64,000 nucleotides of DNA from an uncultured Verrucomicrobiae bacterium (GCA_963772915.1 CAVYZI010000006.1:370283-434282); one strand, 5' to 3'; numbered from the stretch's first letter, positions 46,848 through 58,641 are shown. The notes: generated from the letters alone by a model not told the origin. Numbers and translations: made by a program.

Positions 46848-47429
46848 GTGCGCGACATCACGACCAAATTCCTGACCGCTTTCATCCCGATCTTCGTCGC
46901 GATCGACGCCATCGGGATGGTGGCGATTTTCATCGGGCTGGGGGCAAACGTCGAGCCGCGGCGGCGCCAACAGGAAGCACTCCTCGGGATCGGGACCGCG
47001 CTCGCCATTGCGGTCGGGTTCATGTTTCTCGGCAAGCTGATTTTCAAGGCACTCGGGATCACGGTGGCCGATTTCCAGGTCGCGGGAGGGTTGCTCCTCC
47101 TCACCTTTGCGATCCGCGACCTGCTCGATGTCGGGGGGGAGAAACGCCCCACGCCAGAGTCGTTCGGGATCGTGCCGCTCGGGATGCCGTTGATCGCCGG
47201 GCCGGCCCTGCTCACCGCGCTCCTCGTCCTGATTGATTCCGTGGGGATGATCTACACCCTCGCCTCGCTGATCCTGAACCTGGTGATTGTGGCGGTGGTT
47301 TTTTGCTACGCCGATCGCCTGACGAAATGGATGGGCAAACAGGGGATTAACGGCATTTCCAAACTCGTTTCCCTTCTCCTCGCGGCCATCGCGGTCAGCC
47401 TCATCCGGCGCGGACTGGTGGGGCGCTAG
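46848..47429 (+). CDS. MarC family (UPF0056) inner membrane protein.
   Basis: The sequence reads TKFLTAFIPIFVAIDAIGMVAIFIG...FQVAGGLLLL. A GTG start at 46848 is assumed. Confidence 0.75.
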   Translation: MRDITTKFLTAFIPIFVAIDAIGMVAIFIGLGANVEPRRRQQEALLGIGTALAIAVGFMFLGKLIFKALGITVADFQVAGGLLLLTFAIRDLLDVGGEKRPTPESFGIVPLGMPLIAGPALLTALLVLIDSVGMIYTLASLILNLVIVAVVFCYADRLTKWMGKQGINGISKLVSLLLAAIAVSLIRRGLVGR

Positions 47430-47563
47430 GAGGAAACGAACGCCTTTCGTCAGGCTGGCAAAGCCATTGCTGGAAAATTGTGTTTGCGCGATACTGGACG
47501 CGCGAATGAAGGCGCGAGACCAGAGATGGCTGGTGATCGCGCGACCTTGACCTGGATTGCAAA

Positions 47564-48329
47564 GTGCTGGCCCATAAGGAAACCTCTCCCGCTGCGACCG
47601 CGCTCGGCTTCAGCGAAGCGAATGAGGCCGGGGGCGCATTTGCGACCACGCATTGGAGTGTGCTCGCGGCCGCCCAGGGATCGTCGCGCGCCGCGGAGGA
47701 AGCGATGGAACGGCTTTGCCGCGCTTATTGGCAGCCGCTTTACATCTTCGTGCGGCGACAGGGCTGGGGAGTCGAAGAAGCGCAGGATCTCACCCAGAGT
47801 TTTTTCGCGCGCCTCCTCGAGCGTCGCGATCTGGCCGCCGTCCGGAGAGAAAAAGGCCGGCTCCGTTCCTACCTCCTCATCTCGCTCAAACATTTCCTCC
47901 AGAACGCGCGCGAACGCGCTCTCGCCCTGAAGCGAGGGGCTGGCGAGCGACTCATTCCGCTGGAGGAAATCGGCGCCACAGGGGTGGTCGGTTCCGCGAC
48001 GGCGACGGCGGAACTCATTTACGAACGGCGCTGGGCTTTGACCTTGCTCGAGCAAGTCCTCGCCCGGCTGCGCGAGGAATACGACGCGGCCGGCAATGCG
48101 CAACTCTTCGGCCGGCTCCATGAAATTCTGATCGACGATGCCGGCAAGTTGTCGCAGACGCAGATTGCCGCCGAAGTTGGGCATGACCGAAAACGCGGTC
48201 CGGCAGGCATTCCACCGTTTGCGCGTGCGCTACCGGGAGATTTTGCGCGAAGAGATCGCCCGGACGGTTATGCTGCCGGGCGATGTGGAGGATGAATTGC
48301 GGCACTTGATCACGGTGCTGCGGGCCTGA
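47564..48329 (+). CDS. ECF-type sigma-70 family RNA polymerase sigma factor, with one frame break at GGG 48179-48181.
   Basis: The region 2-like segment reads LCRAYWQPLYIFVRRQGWGVEEAQDLTQSFFARLLE. Region 4 reads QIAAEVGMTENAVRQAFHRLRVRYREIL and is split between ORFs 47564 and 48138. Confidence 0.8.
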
Positions 48330-48337
48330 TTCGCGGG

Positions 48338-51123
48338 ATGCTGACGGAAGACGGAAGTTGCACGAAGTGCGGGGCGGTGCTGGTCGCGGACGATCCGAAG
48401 CAAGGCTGCCCGGCCTGTCTTTTTGAGGAAGGGCTGACTCTACTCGCGGGCGAACGACGATCGCCCGCAACGCACAAGGCAACTGGGCGATTTCGGCGAC
48501 TACGAACTGGAGGAGGAAATCGGGCGGGGCGGTCAGGGGGTTGTTTACCGCGCCAGGCAGAAAAGTCTCAATCGCACCGTCGCGCTCAAGGTGGTCGGCC
48601 TCGGCCCCTGGGCGACGGAAGCGCACCTGAAGCGCTTCCGCCTCGAAGCCGAGTCGGCCGCGGGCCTGGATCATCCCGGGATTGTTCCGATTTACGAAGT
48701 GGGGGAGCGGGAAGGCTTTTGCTATTTCAGCATGAAGTTGATGGAGGGCGGCCCGCTGGACGCAGTCGTTAGGCGCGAGCCGCTTCCTCTGCGGCAGGCC
48801 GTGGAATTGACCGCGAAAATGGCGCGCAGCGTGCACTACGCGCACGAGCGCGGCATTCTGCATCGCGATATCAAGCCGGGGAACGTCTTGCTCGATGCGA
48901 AGGGCGACCCGCATCTGACCGATTTCGGGCTGGCGCGGCTGTTTGAGACTGAGAGCACGGTCACGCGCACAATGGAGTTTTTGGGAACGCCGAGCTACAT
49001 CGCACCTGAACAGACCGGCGGCGATCAAAGCGCGCCGCCGACGCGCGCGACCGATGTTTACGGAGTCGGTGCGGTTTTCTATCAACTGCTCACCGGCCAT
49101 CCGCCTTTTGTTGGCCGAACCGCTTTTGAAACTGTCCAGCTCGTGCTCGGCGCCGAGCCGCGGCCGCCTCGGCTCTACAATCCGAATGTCGATCGCGATC
49201 TCGCCACGATCTGCCTGAAATGTCTGGAGAAGGATCCGGAGCGGCGTTACCCATCAGCCCTCGCCCTGGCGGAGGACCTCGAGCGCTGGCTGCGGCAGGA
49301 ACCGATTCTGGCCCGGCGCACGGGAGTTTTTTCCCGTGGCCGGAAATGGGTCCGGCGCAATGCCACCGCGACGGCTCTGGCGGCCTCGTTAGTCGCGCTC
49401 GTCGCCGCCGTCGGCACGATCGTCTGGAAAAGCGAATCCGCCGGCCGACCGATGCCGACCGGGATCGCCGTCCTGCCCTTTCAAAACCTGAGCGCGCAAA
49501 AAGAGAACGCCTGGCTGGCCGATGGCGTGCAGGACGACATCCTGACCAAGCTCGCCAAGATCGCCGGGCTCAAGGTCATCAGCCGCACGAGCGTGATGCA
49601 ATATCGCGGGGCGCAAAACACGCGCGAGATCGGCGAAGCGCTGCGCGTCTCGCATGTGCTGGAAGGAAGCGTGCGCCGGGAGCATGGCCGCATTCACTTG
49701 AACGCGCAGCTCATCGATACCCGCACCGATACGCATGTCTGGGCGGAGGAATTCGATCGCGAGGCGAGCGAGATGTTCCCTCTTCAGGGTGAGATCGCGC
49801 GCAAAGTCGCGGAGAAACTCCACGTCAAAATCTCACCCGCGGAAGAACTGGCGATTGCGCGACCGCCCACGGTTGACCTCGCGGCCTTCGATCTCTACGC
49901 GCGCGCCGAAAATCTTCTCATCACGGCAAACTTCAATGGCAACGGGAAAGCGAACCTCCTCCAGGCCGCCGCGCTCCTGCAGCAGGCCGCCGCCCTGGAT
50001 CCGTCGTTTTTCCAGGCCTTCTGCGAACTCGGCTACACCCACGACACGCTCTATTTCTTCGGCTTCGATCATACCCCGGCCCGACTTGCAATGGCGGAAG
50101 CTGCCATCGCGGCAGCCTTTCGTCTTCGGCCCGACGCCGGGTGAAGCGCATTTGGCCCGAGCCGGAAATCTTTATCGAGGGTCATCTCGATTACGAGGGC
50201 GCGCTCGCCGAGCTGGCGATTGCCCGCCGCACCCTGCCTAACGATCACCGCGTTTTCGCGCTCGAGGGCTACATCGAGCGCCGCCGGGGCCGGCAGGAAG
50301 AGGCACTCGTTAGTCTGGAGCGCGCGGCCGACCTCGACCCGCGCAACAGTTTCATCCTCCAGCAGATCGCGATGAGCTACGAGGATCTGCGGCGCTATCC
50401 CGCGGCGGAGGCGGCGCTGGAGCGTGCGCGCGCGATCGATCCCGACGATCTCGACGTCAAGGTCGCGCGGGCAAACCTGGACCTGATTTGGAAAGCCGAT
50501 ACCGGGCCGTTGCACCAACTGCTGGATGAAATTCGCGCGAAAAATCCCGCCGCCATCCCGGGCGTGTTCGATAGCCTTCTCACCTGCGCGCTGGCCGAGC
50601 GGGACACGGCGGCGGCAAAGAACGCTTTATCCATCTGGGGAAGGATACTTTCGGAAACGATGCCGTCAGATTTCCGCGCAGCTTCGGCGACGCTCTGATT
50701 GCGCGGATGACGAACGACGCGACCGGGGCGCGGGATTCTCTTCTGGCAGCGCGGGCGGCGCAGGAAAAAATCGTTCGGGCTCAGCCGGGTTACGGTCCGC
50801 CGCTTTGCGTCCTCGGTTTAATCGATGCCGGTCTCGGGCGGAAAGAGGAAGCGCTGCGCGAAGGTCGACGCGCGGTCGAGCTGCTTCCGCGGGAAAAAGA
50901 CGCCTCCAATGGCGCGCACATGATCGAATACCTGGCCATGATCGCGGCCTGGGTAGGGGAGAAAGACCTGGCCTGCGCGCAGCTCGCAGTCGCGGTTCGT
51001 CCGCCGATCGGCTTGAGTTATGGCCAGCTAAAGTTGCTGCCGTTCTGGGATCCCTTGCGCGGCGATCCGCGTTTCGAGAAGCTCGTCGTCTCCCTCGCGC
51101 CGGACGAAGCCACCCGACCGTGA
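48338..51123 (+). pseudogene. Serine/threonine protein kinase with an N-terminal zinc ribbon, a TM segment, a TolB-N-like domain and TPR repeats. There are at least 3 frame breaks.
   Basis: The zinc ribbon is CTKCG..x13..CPAC. Kinase motifs are GRGGQGVVYRA, HRDIKPGNVLLD, DFGLARL and GTPSYIAPEQ. TPR-like helices continue in ORFs 50141 and 50707. Confidence 0.85.
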
Positions 51124-51198
51124 GAATGAGGCGCGCCGAAACTCTTTCGCATATTTTTGCGTAACACAGCCGAAGATTTTCTGTAGTACCCTGATGTT

Positions 51199-53482
51199 AT
51201 GAGCACCAGTTCCACTTTTTCATTTGCCCGGTTGCACCTGCTTTTTCTGCCTCTGCTGGCGCTCATTGGCCTCGGCGTTTTTTCCGGCTACGGCCAAGGC
51301 AGAGACGACTGACGCGAGCTCCAGCGAATGGTCATGGCAAAACCCGCTTCCGCAGGGCAACGACTTGCGCGGCGCTTCCTTTGTCGACGCCGATACGGGC
51401 ACTGTCGTCGGGTTCTACGGCACGATCGTGCACACGACCGACGGAGGAAATGCCTGGACGATTCAACGCAGCGGAACGGCGCAGAATCTCTGGGCCGTCT
51501 CGTTCAGCGATGCGAACGACGGGAGCGCTGTCGGTGCCGGCGGGACTATCCTGCGGACCACAGATGGAGGGGCGAATTGGAATAGCCAGACGAGCGGCAC
51601 GACGTCTGAGCTGCGCGGCGTCTCCTTCCCCGATGCCAACAATGGCACGGCCGTGGGTGAGGGCGGCTTGATCCTCCACACGACCGATGGCGGAAACAGC
51701 TGGGTCCGACAGACAAGCGGAACTGTCTTCACGCTTTTCGGCGTTTCCTTTAGCGATGCGAATCATGGGACCGCGGTCGGCGGCACGATCGGTAAGAGCC
51801 AAATCCTGCATACGACCGATGGCGGAGCGCACTGGGCGATTCAACCCAACCCCGGCAAAGTGTTTCTCTTCGATGTTTCCATGATCGACGCGAACCTGGG
51901 GACGGCGGTCGGCGATGGTGGAACGATCCTCCACACAACCGACGGCGGCGAAAACTGGGTGGTCCAGCCCAGCGGGACGTTCAAGACGCTCTACGGAGTT
52001 TCCTTTGCCGACGCTAACAACGGCACCGCGGTCGGATTCGAATTGGGCGGCACCGGCATCATTCTTCATACAACTGATGGAGGCGCGAGCTGGGCGGAGC
52101 AGAGCACGCCCACGTCCAACCTCTTTTATGCCGTTTCGCTGGCGGATGCGAACACCGGTGTGACGGTCGGGAACTCCGGCACGATTCTGCGCACGACCGA
52201 CGGTGGAAACGACTGGGCGTTCACCCGGCCAAGCGCCACTTTCCAGTTTCTCTACGGGGTCTCGTTCACGGACGCGAACACGGGCACGGCGGTCGGCTAC
52301 GATTATCCGAGCGGCACGATTCTGAGGACGACAGACGGCGGCCAAACATGGCTCCATCAGGACAGCGGCATCAGCAATACTTTTAGCGGCCTCAGCTTCT
52401 TTGGGGTCTCTTTCAGCAGCGCCAGCACGGGAACGGTCGTGGGCGAGAGTGGAATCATCCTCCGCACGACCGATGCCGGCCAGACCTGGATCGAGCAAAC
52501 GAGCGGGACGGCCGATTATCTCTACAAGGTGTTTTTCACGGACGATAACAATGGGACTGCGGTCGGGTTCCTTTTCGGGGCGATTGTCCACACGAACGAC
52601 GGTGGCCAAAACTGGGTCCTGCAGGACGGCGGGACGAGTGAAGGGTTACTCGGCGTCTACTTCACGGACGCGAACACGGGCACTGTGGTGGGCAACTCCG
52701 GAACGATCCGGCATACGACCGACGGAGGGCAAACCTGGCTTCCCCAAAGCAGTGGCACCACCAATCAGCTGCGCGCGGTTTCCTTCGCCGACGCCGAGAA
52801 CGGAATCATTGTTGGGGAGCTGGGAACCATCCTTCGGACGACTGACGGAGGCCAGACCTGGACGAATCAGACGAGTGGAACAACGATCACACTCCTGGCG
52901 ATCGATTTCGCGGATATCGATCATGCGACCGCCGTTGGCCAGCTCGGCATCATTCTGAAATCGAGCGATGGAGGCGTGTCCTGGACGCCGCAGGAAAGCG
53001 GGACAAACCAGGATCTCTACGACGTGACATTTCCTGAGCTCACGACGGGAACGGCAGTGGGCGGGTTCGGGACGATTCTGCGGACCGTCGGAGGATCGGA
53101 GTCGAATACCTGCCCGCAATCCGTGGCCTACTGGAAGCATCGACCCGCGCTTTGGCCGGTCGATAGCCTGGAACTCGGCAGCGAGTCCTACAGCAAAGAG
53201 GAATTGCGCGGCATCCTAACGACTAACGACTGGAAAGCCGATGCCAGCCTGGTTCTGGCCGGCGAACTGATCGCGGCCAGGCTGAACCTCGCGAACGGCT
53301 CCGATCCCGGGCCGGTTACGGGGACGATCGGCGACGCAGACGCGCTTCTTAGCGGTTACTCCGGCAAGCTGCCCTACAACGTGGACCGGAAGTCGGAAAG
53401 TGGCCGGGCGATGGTGAACGATGCTGGCACTCTGCGTGCGTACGATCAGGGCGAGCTCACGCCGGATTGCACGCCGCGATGA
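51199..53482 (+). CDS. BNR/Ycf48-like repeat beta-propeller protein, secreted, with a frame break in the T6 run 51278-51283 within the signal peptide.
   Basis: There are about 17 repeats of G.ILHTTDGG..W. ATG 51199 gives MSTSSTFSFARLHLLFLPLLALIGLG, which joins the main ORF (51224..53482) after a 1-nt shift. Confidence 0.85.
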
Positions 53483-53520
53483 CCCGGTCAGCGCGATAAA
53501 CTCCGGGAGCCTTCTTCGCA

Positions 53521-53649
53521 CTGTCATCCCGAAGCTGGCGCAGCGCGCTGAGGGACCTCACCCCATGGGCTGGGACATCTCGCTCCGGTTCGTCAACCGA
53601 CGAGCCCGGGTGAGGTCCCTCGCCGCGCTCCGCCGGTTCGGGAGGACAG
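53521..53649. repeat. Long imperfect hairpin (about 129 nt) between convergent genes.
   Basis: CTGTCATCCCGAA pairs with TTCGGGAGGACAG. GCGCGCTGAGGGACCTCACCC pairs with GGGTGAGGTCCCTCGCCGCGC. Confidence 0.8.
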
Positions 53650-53728
53650 GCGAAAGGATGGCTCGCGAGATGGTCGCGCCGGCGAACGCGGTCTCTATCT
53701 CAGACGGATACGCTGAGAGACTCAGCGC

Positions 53729-54980
53729 CTATTCGTAGCGCAGCGCCGTCACGGGATCGAGCCGGGAGGCGGTCCAGGCCGGTGCGATCCCGGAGACCAA
53801 ACCCGTCACGACCGAGACGATCATGCTCGCGATGACGAGGCTGAAGGAAAAGCGGATCGGGAAGGAAGGAAACGCTTTCGCCATTCCGAAACACATCAGG
53901 TAAGCGACGATCAAACCGATCAAGCCGCCAACCAGACAGAGCGCGGTCGATTCGATCAGGAATTGGAGAAGGATGGTGCGCCGCCGCGCGCCTAACGCCT
54001 TCCGCGTGCCGATCTCTTTCGTCCGCTCTTTCACGCTCACGAAGGTGATGTTCATGATCCCGATCGCGCCCACGAAAAGCGAGAGCCCGGTGATGAAAAG
54101 CCCGGCGATCGCGATCGTCCCTTTGACCGCGTCGAGCGTGCTCTTGAAAGCCTGCTGCTCGTTGATGCTGAAGTCGTCGCGCTTCTCCGGCGGGAGGGAG
54201 CGCAGTCGGCGCATGATCCCGGTCAGCTCGTCGCGCGCGTCGGCCATGTGGGTTTTGTCGCGCACTTTCACCCGCACGTCGGCTTCGCTTTTCGCGCTGA
54301 AATATTTTTTGAAGGCCGGCAGCGGGATGACCACGATGGAATCGAGACTGAAAAGCCCGAGGAAACGTGCCCTGGCGCGAGAGTGTCCCGAGAACGCGGA
54401 AGGCGTGGCCGTTGATCAGCACTCTTTTGTCGAGCGCGCTGCGCCCGGCGAAAAGCGCGTCGGCCACGTCGTAACCGACGACGCAGACCTCCTCGCCGCC
54501 GCGCGTTTCGATTTCGTTGAAGAAACGGCCCTCGCTGCAATCGAGCGTCGAGATGACGGCGTAATCGGCCGTCGTCCCGAGGATGTAAACATTATCCACC
54601 TTGTTTTCGCCCGCCTTCACGGCGCGGAGCAGGCTCATCGTCGGGACCGCGAGCATAAGGTTGGAGTTGGGCGTGCGCTCGATCGTGCGGTTGATTTTGT
54701 CGGCGTATTCGGTCCGGATTTTTTTCCGGTCGCGGTAGTTCCACCAATCGTTCATCCGCGTCCAGGGCCGCTGTTCGATATAAAGCACGTCGTCGCCGAT
54801 GACCGACATGCTTTTGTCGAACCCGGTCGAGATCCCGTTGATCGCCGTCCCCATGAGGGTGACGGCGACGATCCCAATGATGACCCCGAGCGCGGTCAGG
54901 ATGGAGCGCGTTTTGTTCGCCGCCATTTGCGCGGCGGCGATCTTCCAGCTCTCGGTCAGCTCGTAGAGAAGGCGCTTCAT
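53729..54980 (-). CDS. ABC transporter permease, MacB/FtsX family, with one frame break near 54350.
   Basis: The N-terminus NKTRSILTALGVIIGIVAV and the MacB periplasmic domain are in the 53700..54980 frame. The FtsX domain ERTKEIGTRKALGARRRTILLQFLIES...RLDPVTALRYE is in ORF 53729..54334. Confidence 0.85.
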
Positions 54981-54996
54981 CCTCGCCGGGAAAATA

Positions 54997-55794
54997 TCAG
55001 CGCCCCGACCGGTCGCGAGCGGTTTCGTCTACCTTTTCGCTTTCCGCTTCGGCTTCGTCTTTCGTCCTCGTCTTCGTCCTCGGCTTTGCTTTTGGCTTTG
55101 GCTCGTCGATCACGGGGAGGGCGCGCTTGTAACCAAAGAGGGAGTAATCGCAGAGCATGTTGCCGGTGGTGTCGGGGACATCGCGCCCCTCGCGAATCCC
55201 CTGCGGATAATGCTCCGGCCGGATGAAGCTTTCGTAGACCGCACCCAATTGCTGATCGCCTTTTTTCATGAGGCGCCGCGCGCTGACCTGGGCGACGAAG
55301 CGCGCTACCTGAATCGCGGCCGCGTAAGCCGGATTGGCCACCGCCGATGCGCCTTGGATCAGGCTAAGGAGGCTGCTCGTGAAGGCGGAGAAGTCTGGCG
55401 CGCTCAGGACATCGTTCACGTCGCTGGCCGCTTCGCGGATGTCGCGCGAGGAGCGGATGGCGAGAAAAATCCAGGTGAAAGCTTCGGGAATTTCTTCCGA
55501 CTCGTGCAGGATGAGCCCGGTATCGCCGAAGCGGACCGGGACCTTGTCCTGCACCCGATTGATCTCGGTCAGCTCCCGCGTGCTCAAGGCCTGACCGACC
55601 AAGGCCTGCAGCATCGATTTTTTAGCCGCCGGATCGTTGCTTCGCATCCAGGCGTCGAGTTCGGGAAGATTTTGATCCGAGCGGGAGATGAAGCTGAGAA
55701 ACTTCACCTTGGCAAAGTCATGCCCAAAGAAGACGCCGGATTTGATTCCCCCGTTGTCGAGGAATCGGACTCGATCGATTCGGAAATAGAACAT
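54997..55794 (-). CDS. Hypothetical protein (265 aa) with a Lys/Thr/Glu-rich tail.
   Basis: The ORF is intact from ATG 55794 (MFYFRIDRVRFLDNGGIKSGVFFGHDFAKVKFLSFI...). I recognise no family. Confidence 0.5.
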   Translation of the reverse strand: MFYFRIDRVRFLDNGGIKSGVFFGHDFAKVKFLSFISRSDQNLPELDAWMRSNDPAAKKSMLQALVGQALSTRELTEINRVQDKVPVRFGDTGLILHESEEIPEAFTWIFLAIRSSRDIREAASDVNDVLSAPDFSAFTSSLLSLIQGASAVANPAYAAAIQVARFVAQVSARRLMKKGDQQLGAVYESFIRPEHYPQGIREGRDVPDTTGNMLCDYSLFGYKRALPVIDEPKPKAKPRTKTRTKDEAEAESEKVDETARDRSGR

Positions 55795-55924
55795 CGCTGA
55801 CCTCCTGTGTTGTGGCTGCTTATTCGCATCCATAACAAGACTGCGCGAGAAGGAGAAGGTCGAATTTTGACCGCCGCGGGTTTGCGCTTGCCGGGATTTT
55901 GCTGACTCGGCAGATTCTGGCGGC

Positions 55925-56845
55925 GTGCTGACGATTTCTAACCTAACGAAAAGCTACGGCTCGCTCCTCGCGCTGGACGACGTCTCGCTTGCCCTCCAGC
56001 CGGGAGAATTCTTCGGCTTGCTCGGACCGAACGGGGCCGGTAAGACCACCCTCATGTCGCTCGTCGCGGGCATTCGACCAGCCGACAGCGGCGAGATTTT
56101 TCTTGAGGGCAAAAAATTTCAGCATGAGCAGATCGAGCAGCGCGCACAGCTCGGTTTTGTCCCGCAGGCCCTGGCGCTTTACGAGGAACTGAGCGGCGAG
56201 GAAAATTTGCGTTTGTTTGGGCGGCTCTATGGGCTGCACGGCCAGATCCTGCGCGAGCGAGTCGAGGAAGGGCTCCTCGCCGCGGGCTTGCAGGATCGCC
56301 GCCGCGACGAGGTGAAAACTTATTCCGGCGGGATGCGTCGCCGGCTCAATGTGGTCGCGGCCATTTTGCATCGGCCCAAGCTTCTCCTTTGCGACGAGCC
56401 GACGGTGGGGGTCGACCCGCAATCGCGCAACGCCATCTTCGAGTTCGTGCAAAAGCTCAACGCTGAAGGGATGACAATCGTTTATTCGACCCATTACATG
56501 GAGGAAGCGACCCGGCTCTGCTCGCGCATCGGGATTATCGATCACGGCAAATTGCTCGCCCTCGGGACGCTCGACGAACTGCTCGTGCAGTTGCCGTTCG
56601 CGGAACAGATTCGGATCGTGCGCAACGAAGCAGTGACGGCACAGCTCGATGATTTGCGGCCGTTCGGCGAAATCGCGGCGACCGAAGAGGCCTTCGTCCT
56701 CACGCCGCGGGAGGATCTGCGCCTCTCCGAATTTTTTGCCGCAGTGGAACGGCTCGGGCTTTCCTATCGTTACTTCACCGTCACGCGTCCGACCCTTGAA
56801 AATGTCTTCCTGCACCTTACCGGAAAAACGCTGCGCGATGCCTGA
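55925..56845 (+). CDS. ABC transporter ATP-binding protein, ABC-2/DrrA-like.
   Basis: The motifs are Walker A GPNGAGKTT, signature YSGGMRRRL and Walker B LLLCDEPTVGVD. Confidence 0.9.
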   Translation: MLTISNLTKSYGSLLALDDVSLALQPGEFFGLLGPNGAGKTTLMSLVAGIRPADSGEIFLEGKKFQHEQIEQRAQLGFVPQALALYEELSGEENLRLFGRLYGLHGQILRERVEEGLLAAGLQDRRRDEVKTYSGGMRRRLNVVAAILHRPKLLLCDEPTVGVDPQSRNAIFEFVQKLNAEGMTIVYSTHYMEEATRLCSRIGIIDHGKLLALGTLDELLVQLPFAEQIRIVRNEAVTAQLDDLRPFGEIAATEEAFVLTPREDLRLSEFFAAVERLGLSYRYFTVTRPTLENVFLHLTGKTLRDA

Positions 56846-56858
56846 GGACATGACTGAG

Positions 56859-56909
56859 CCTGGACGCGCGGAAGCGCGTCCCTCCGGAGGGACATGCTTC
56901 CGCATGTCC
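56859..56909. repeat. Family A double-hairpin repeat, full copy A2, lying between the ABC ATPase and permease genes.
   Basis: The sequence is CCTGGACGCGC-GGAA-GCGCGTCCCTCCGGAGGGACATGC-TTCC-GCATGTCC. Confidence 0.9.
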
Positions 56910-56946
56910 AGGATCATCAGGGTTGGCAAGTCGTTAGGATGAACTT

Positions 56947-58273
56947 ATGCGAACAGTCTTAATCCTGCTCGGCAGCGAGATACGCCGCTTCCTCCACGAC
57001 AAGACGGCGCTCTCGCTTACCTTCCTCGTGCCGGTCGTGCTCATCTACATCTTCGGGCACGTCTTTGGTGTGACCGGCGGCCAGAGTGGACCGACTGGAA
57101 TTCCGATCGCGGTCGTGAGCGAGACCGACGCGCCGGTCGCAGTCGCGATCACTGCGGCCTTGCAGCAAGGAGAAAGCTTTCAAGGTGCTGACGACCGAAA
57201 AGCAGGGCGACAAGGAAGTGCCGCTGACTGAAGCCCGGGTGCGTGAGCAGATGCATGCCGGCTCGCTCCGCTTCGCCCTCATCTTTCCGCCGGACACACA
57301 AAGCGACGAGAGCTTTGGCCTGAAGCTGAAATTCCTCAAGAACCCGCGGAACGAGATCGAAACCCAGACGGTCACCGGGTTGGTGCAGAAAACGATCTAC
57401 ACCTCCGCGCCGCAGGCGTTGCTCGTTTCGCTCCAGAAGAAAGGCATCAACTTCATTGGGCAGGAAAACTTCGATCGATTCAATCGCGCGCTCGCCAGCT
57501 CCATTGCGCAGGCCTTCGGCGGCGATGCCGACGAGATCTACGAAAATATGAGCAAAGGCGAAATCGATTTCGGCGACGGCACGAGCACATCGACCGGCGA
57601 TTCGTCGCTTTTCGATAGCCTGATTAAGATCGAATCCGAACAAGTCGGCGGCCAGACGGCGAAAAAAAGCAGCATGGCGACACGGAGCGTGGGCGGCTGG
57701 GCGATCATGTTTCTGCTCTTCTCGCTCTCGGGCGCGGCCACCTCGCTTTTCGACGAAAAGAAAGCAGGCCTTTTTCAGCGGCTGCTCGCCGCGCCGGTCC
57801 GGCGCACCCACATTCTCTGGAGCAAATACCTCTTCGGAATGATCGTCGGTCTCGTGCAGTTGAGCGCACTCTTCCTCGCCGGCCGTCTCCTCTTCGGGAT
57901 CGACATCACGACCAACCTCGGGAATCTGCTTCTCATCTGCCTGGCGGCTTCGATCGCCTGCGTCTCCTTCGGGATGCTCCTCGCCGCGATCTCGCCCACT
58001 TCCGCGGCTGCCAACGGTCTCGGCACCTTCCTCATTCTCACCATGAGCGCGATCGGCGGAGCCTGGTTCCCGACCAGCTTCATGCCGGAGTTCATCCAGA
58101 AGCTGAGCCGGCTAACGATTGTTTACTGGTCGCTCGACGGCTTCATCAAGGTCTTGTGGGCGAATTGCACGACGCTCGAGTTGTTGCCCACCCTCGGGGT
58201 GTTGTTAGGCATCGCCGCGCTCGTCAACGCCATCAGCATCTGGCGCTTCAATCACGGCCAGATCTTCGAGTAG
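56947..58273 (+). CDS. ABC-2 type transporter permease with a large extracytoplasmic loop and one frame break near 57180.
   Basis: The N-terminal TM and loop are in ORF 56947..57231. The rest is in ORF 57185..58273, which has 5 C-terminal TM helices. Confidence 0.8.
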
Positions 58274-58305
58274 AAACGTTCGTGGCTCGTTAGGCTGGGT
58301 GAGCC

Positions 58306-58641
58306 TCATTTCCCGCCCGTCACGGTGTAACCCTCGGCGCGCAGATCCTGCGCCAGTTCCATTTCCATCTGCACCGCGGCCTCGAACGGCATCGGGTTGA
58401 GGTGCGCGTAAAGCTCAGGCAGGAGGCGCACCCCGTATTTCTCCACCACCCACGAGGATTTGTATCCGTGCCTGTGGTTTTCAAAACGATGCTCAACCGG
58501 AAGCCCGGTCATCCCGACATAAACACACGGCTTGGCCGGGTCTCGTTTCGGATTCAGGCGCACGATCGACGGATGCTTCAGCACCGCCGGGTCCAGCAGA
58601 ATCACATAAACGTTGTGATGAAACTTTTCCGCCTCCGGCAC
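58306..58641 (-). CDS. Hypothetical small protein, possibly GIY-YIG-like.
   Basis: The pattern NVYVILLD...CVYVGMTG...RFENHRHG resembles the GIY-YIG core. The assignment is uncertain. Confidence 0.4.
   Translation of the reverse strand: MPEAEKFHHNVYVILLDPAVLKHPSIVRLNPKRDPAKPCVYVGMTGLPVEHRFENHRHGYKSSWVVEKYGVRLLPELYAHLNPMPFEAAVQMEMELAQDLRAEGYTVTGGK

Noticed and set aside
51332-52609. A 425-aa ORF on the minus strand. Similar long antisense ORFs occur at 61044..62099, 53973..55226, 48015..49100 and 7138..8028.
   Set aside because: All of them lie opposite strongly supported genes and have Arg/Ala/Gly-rich, low-complexity translations.
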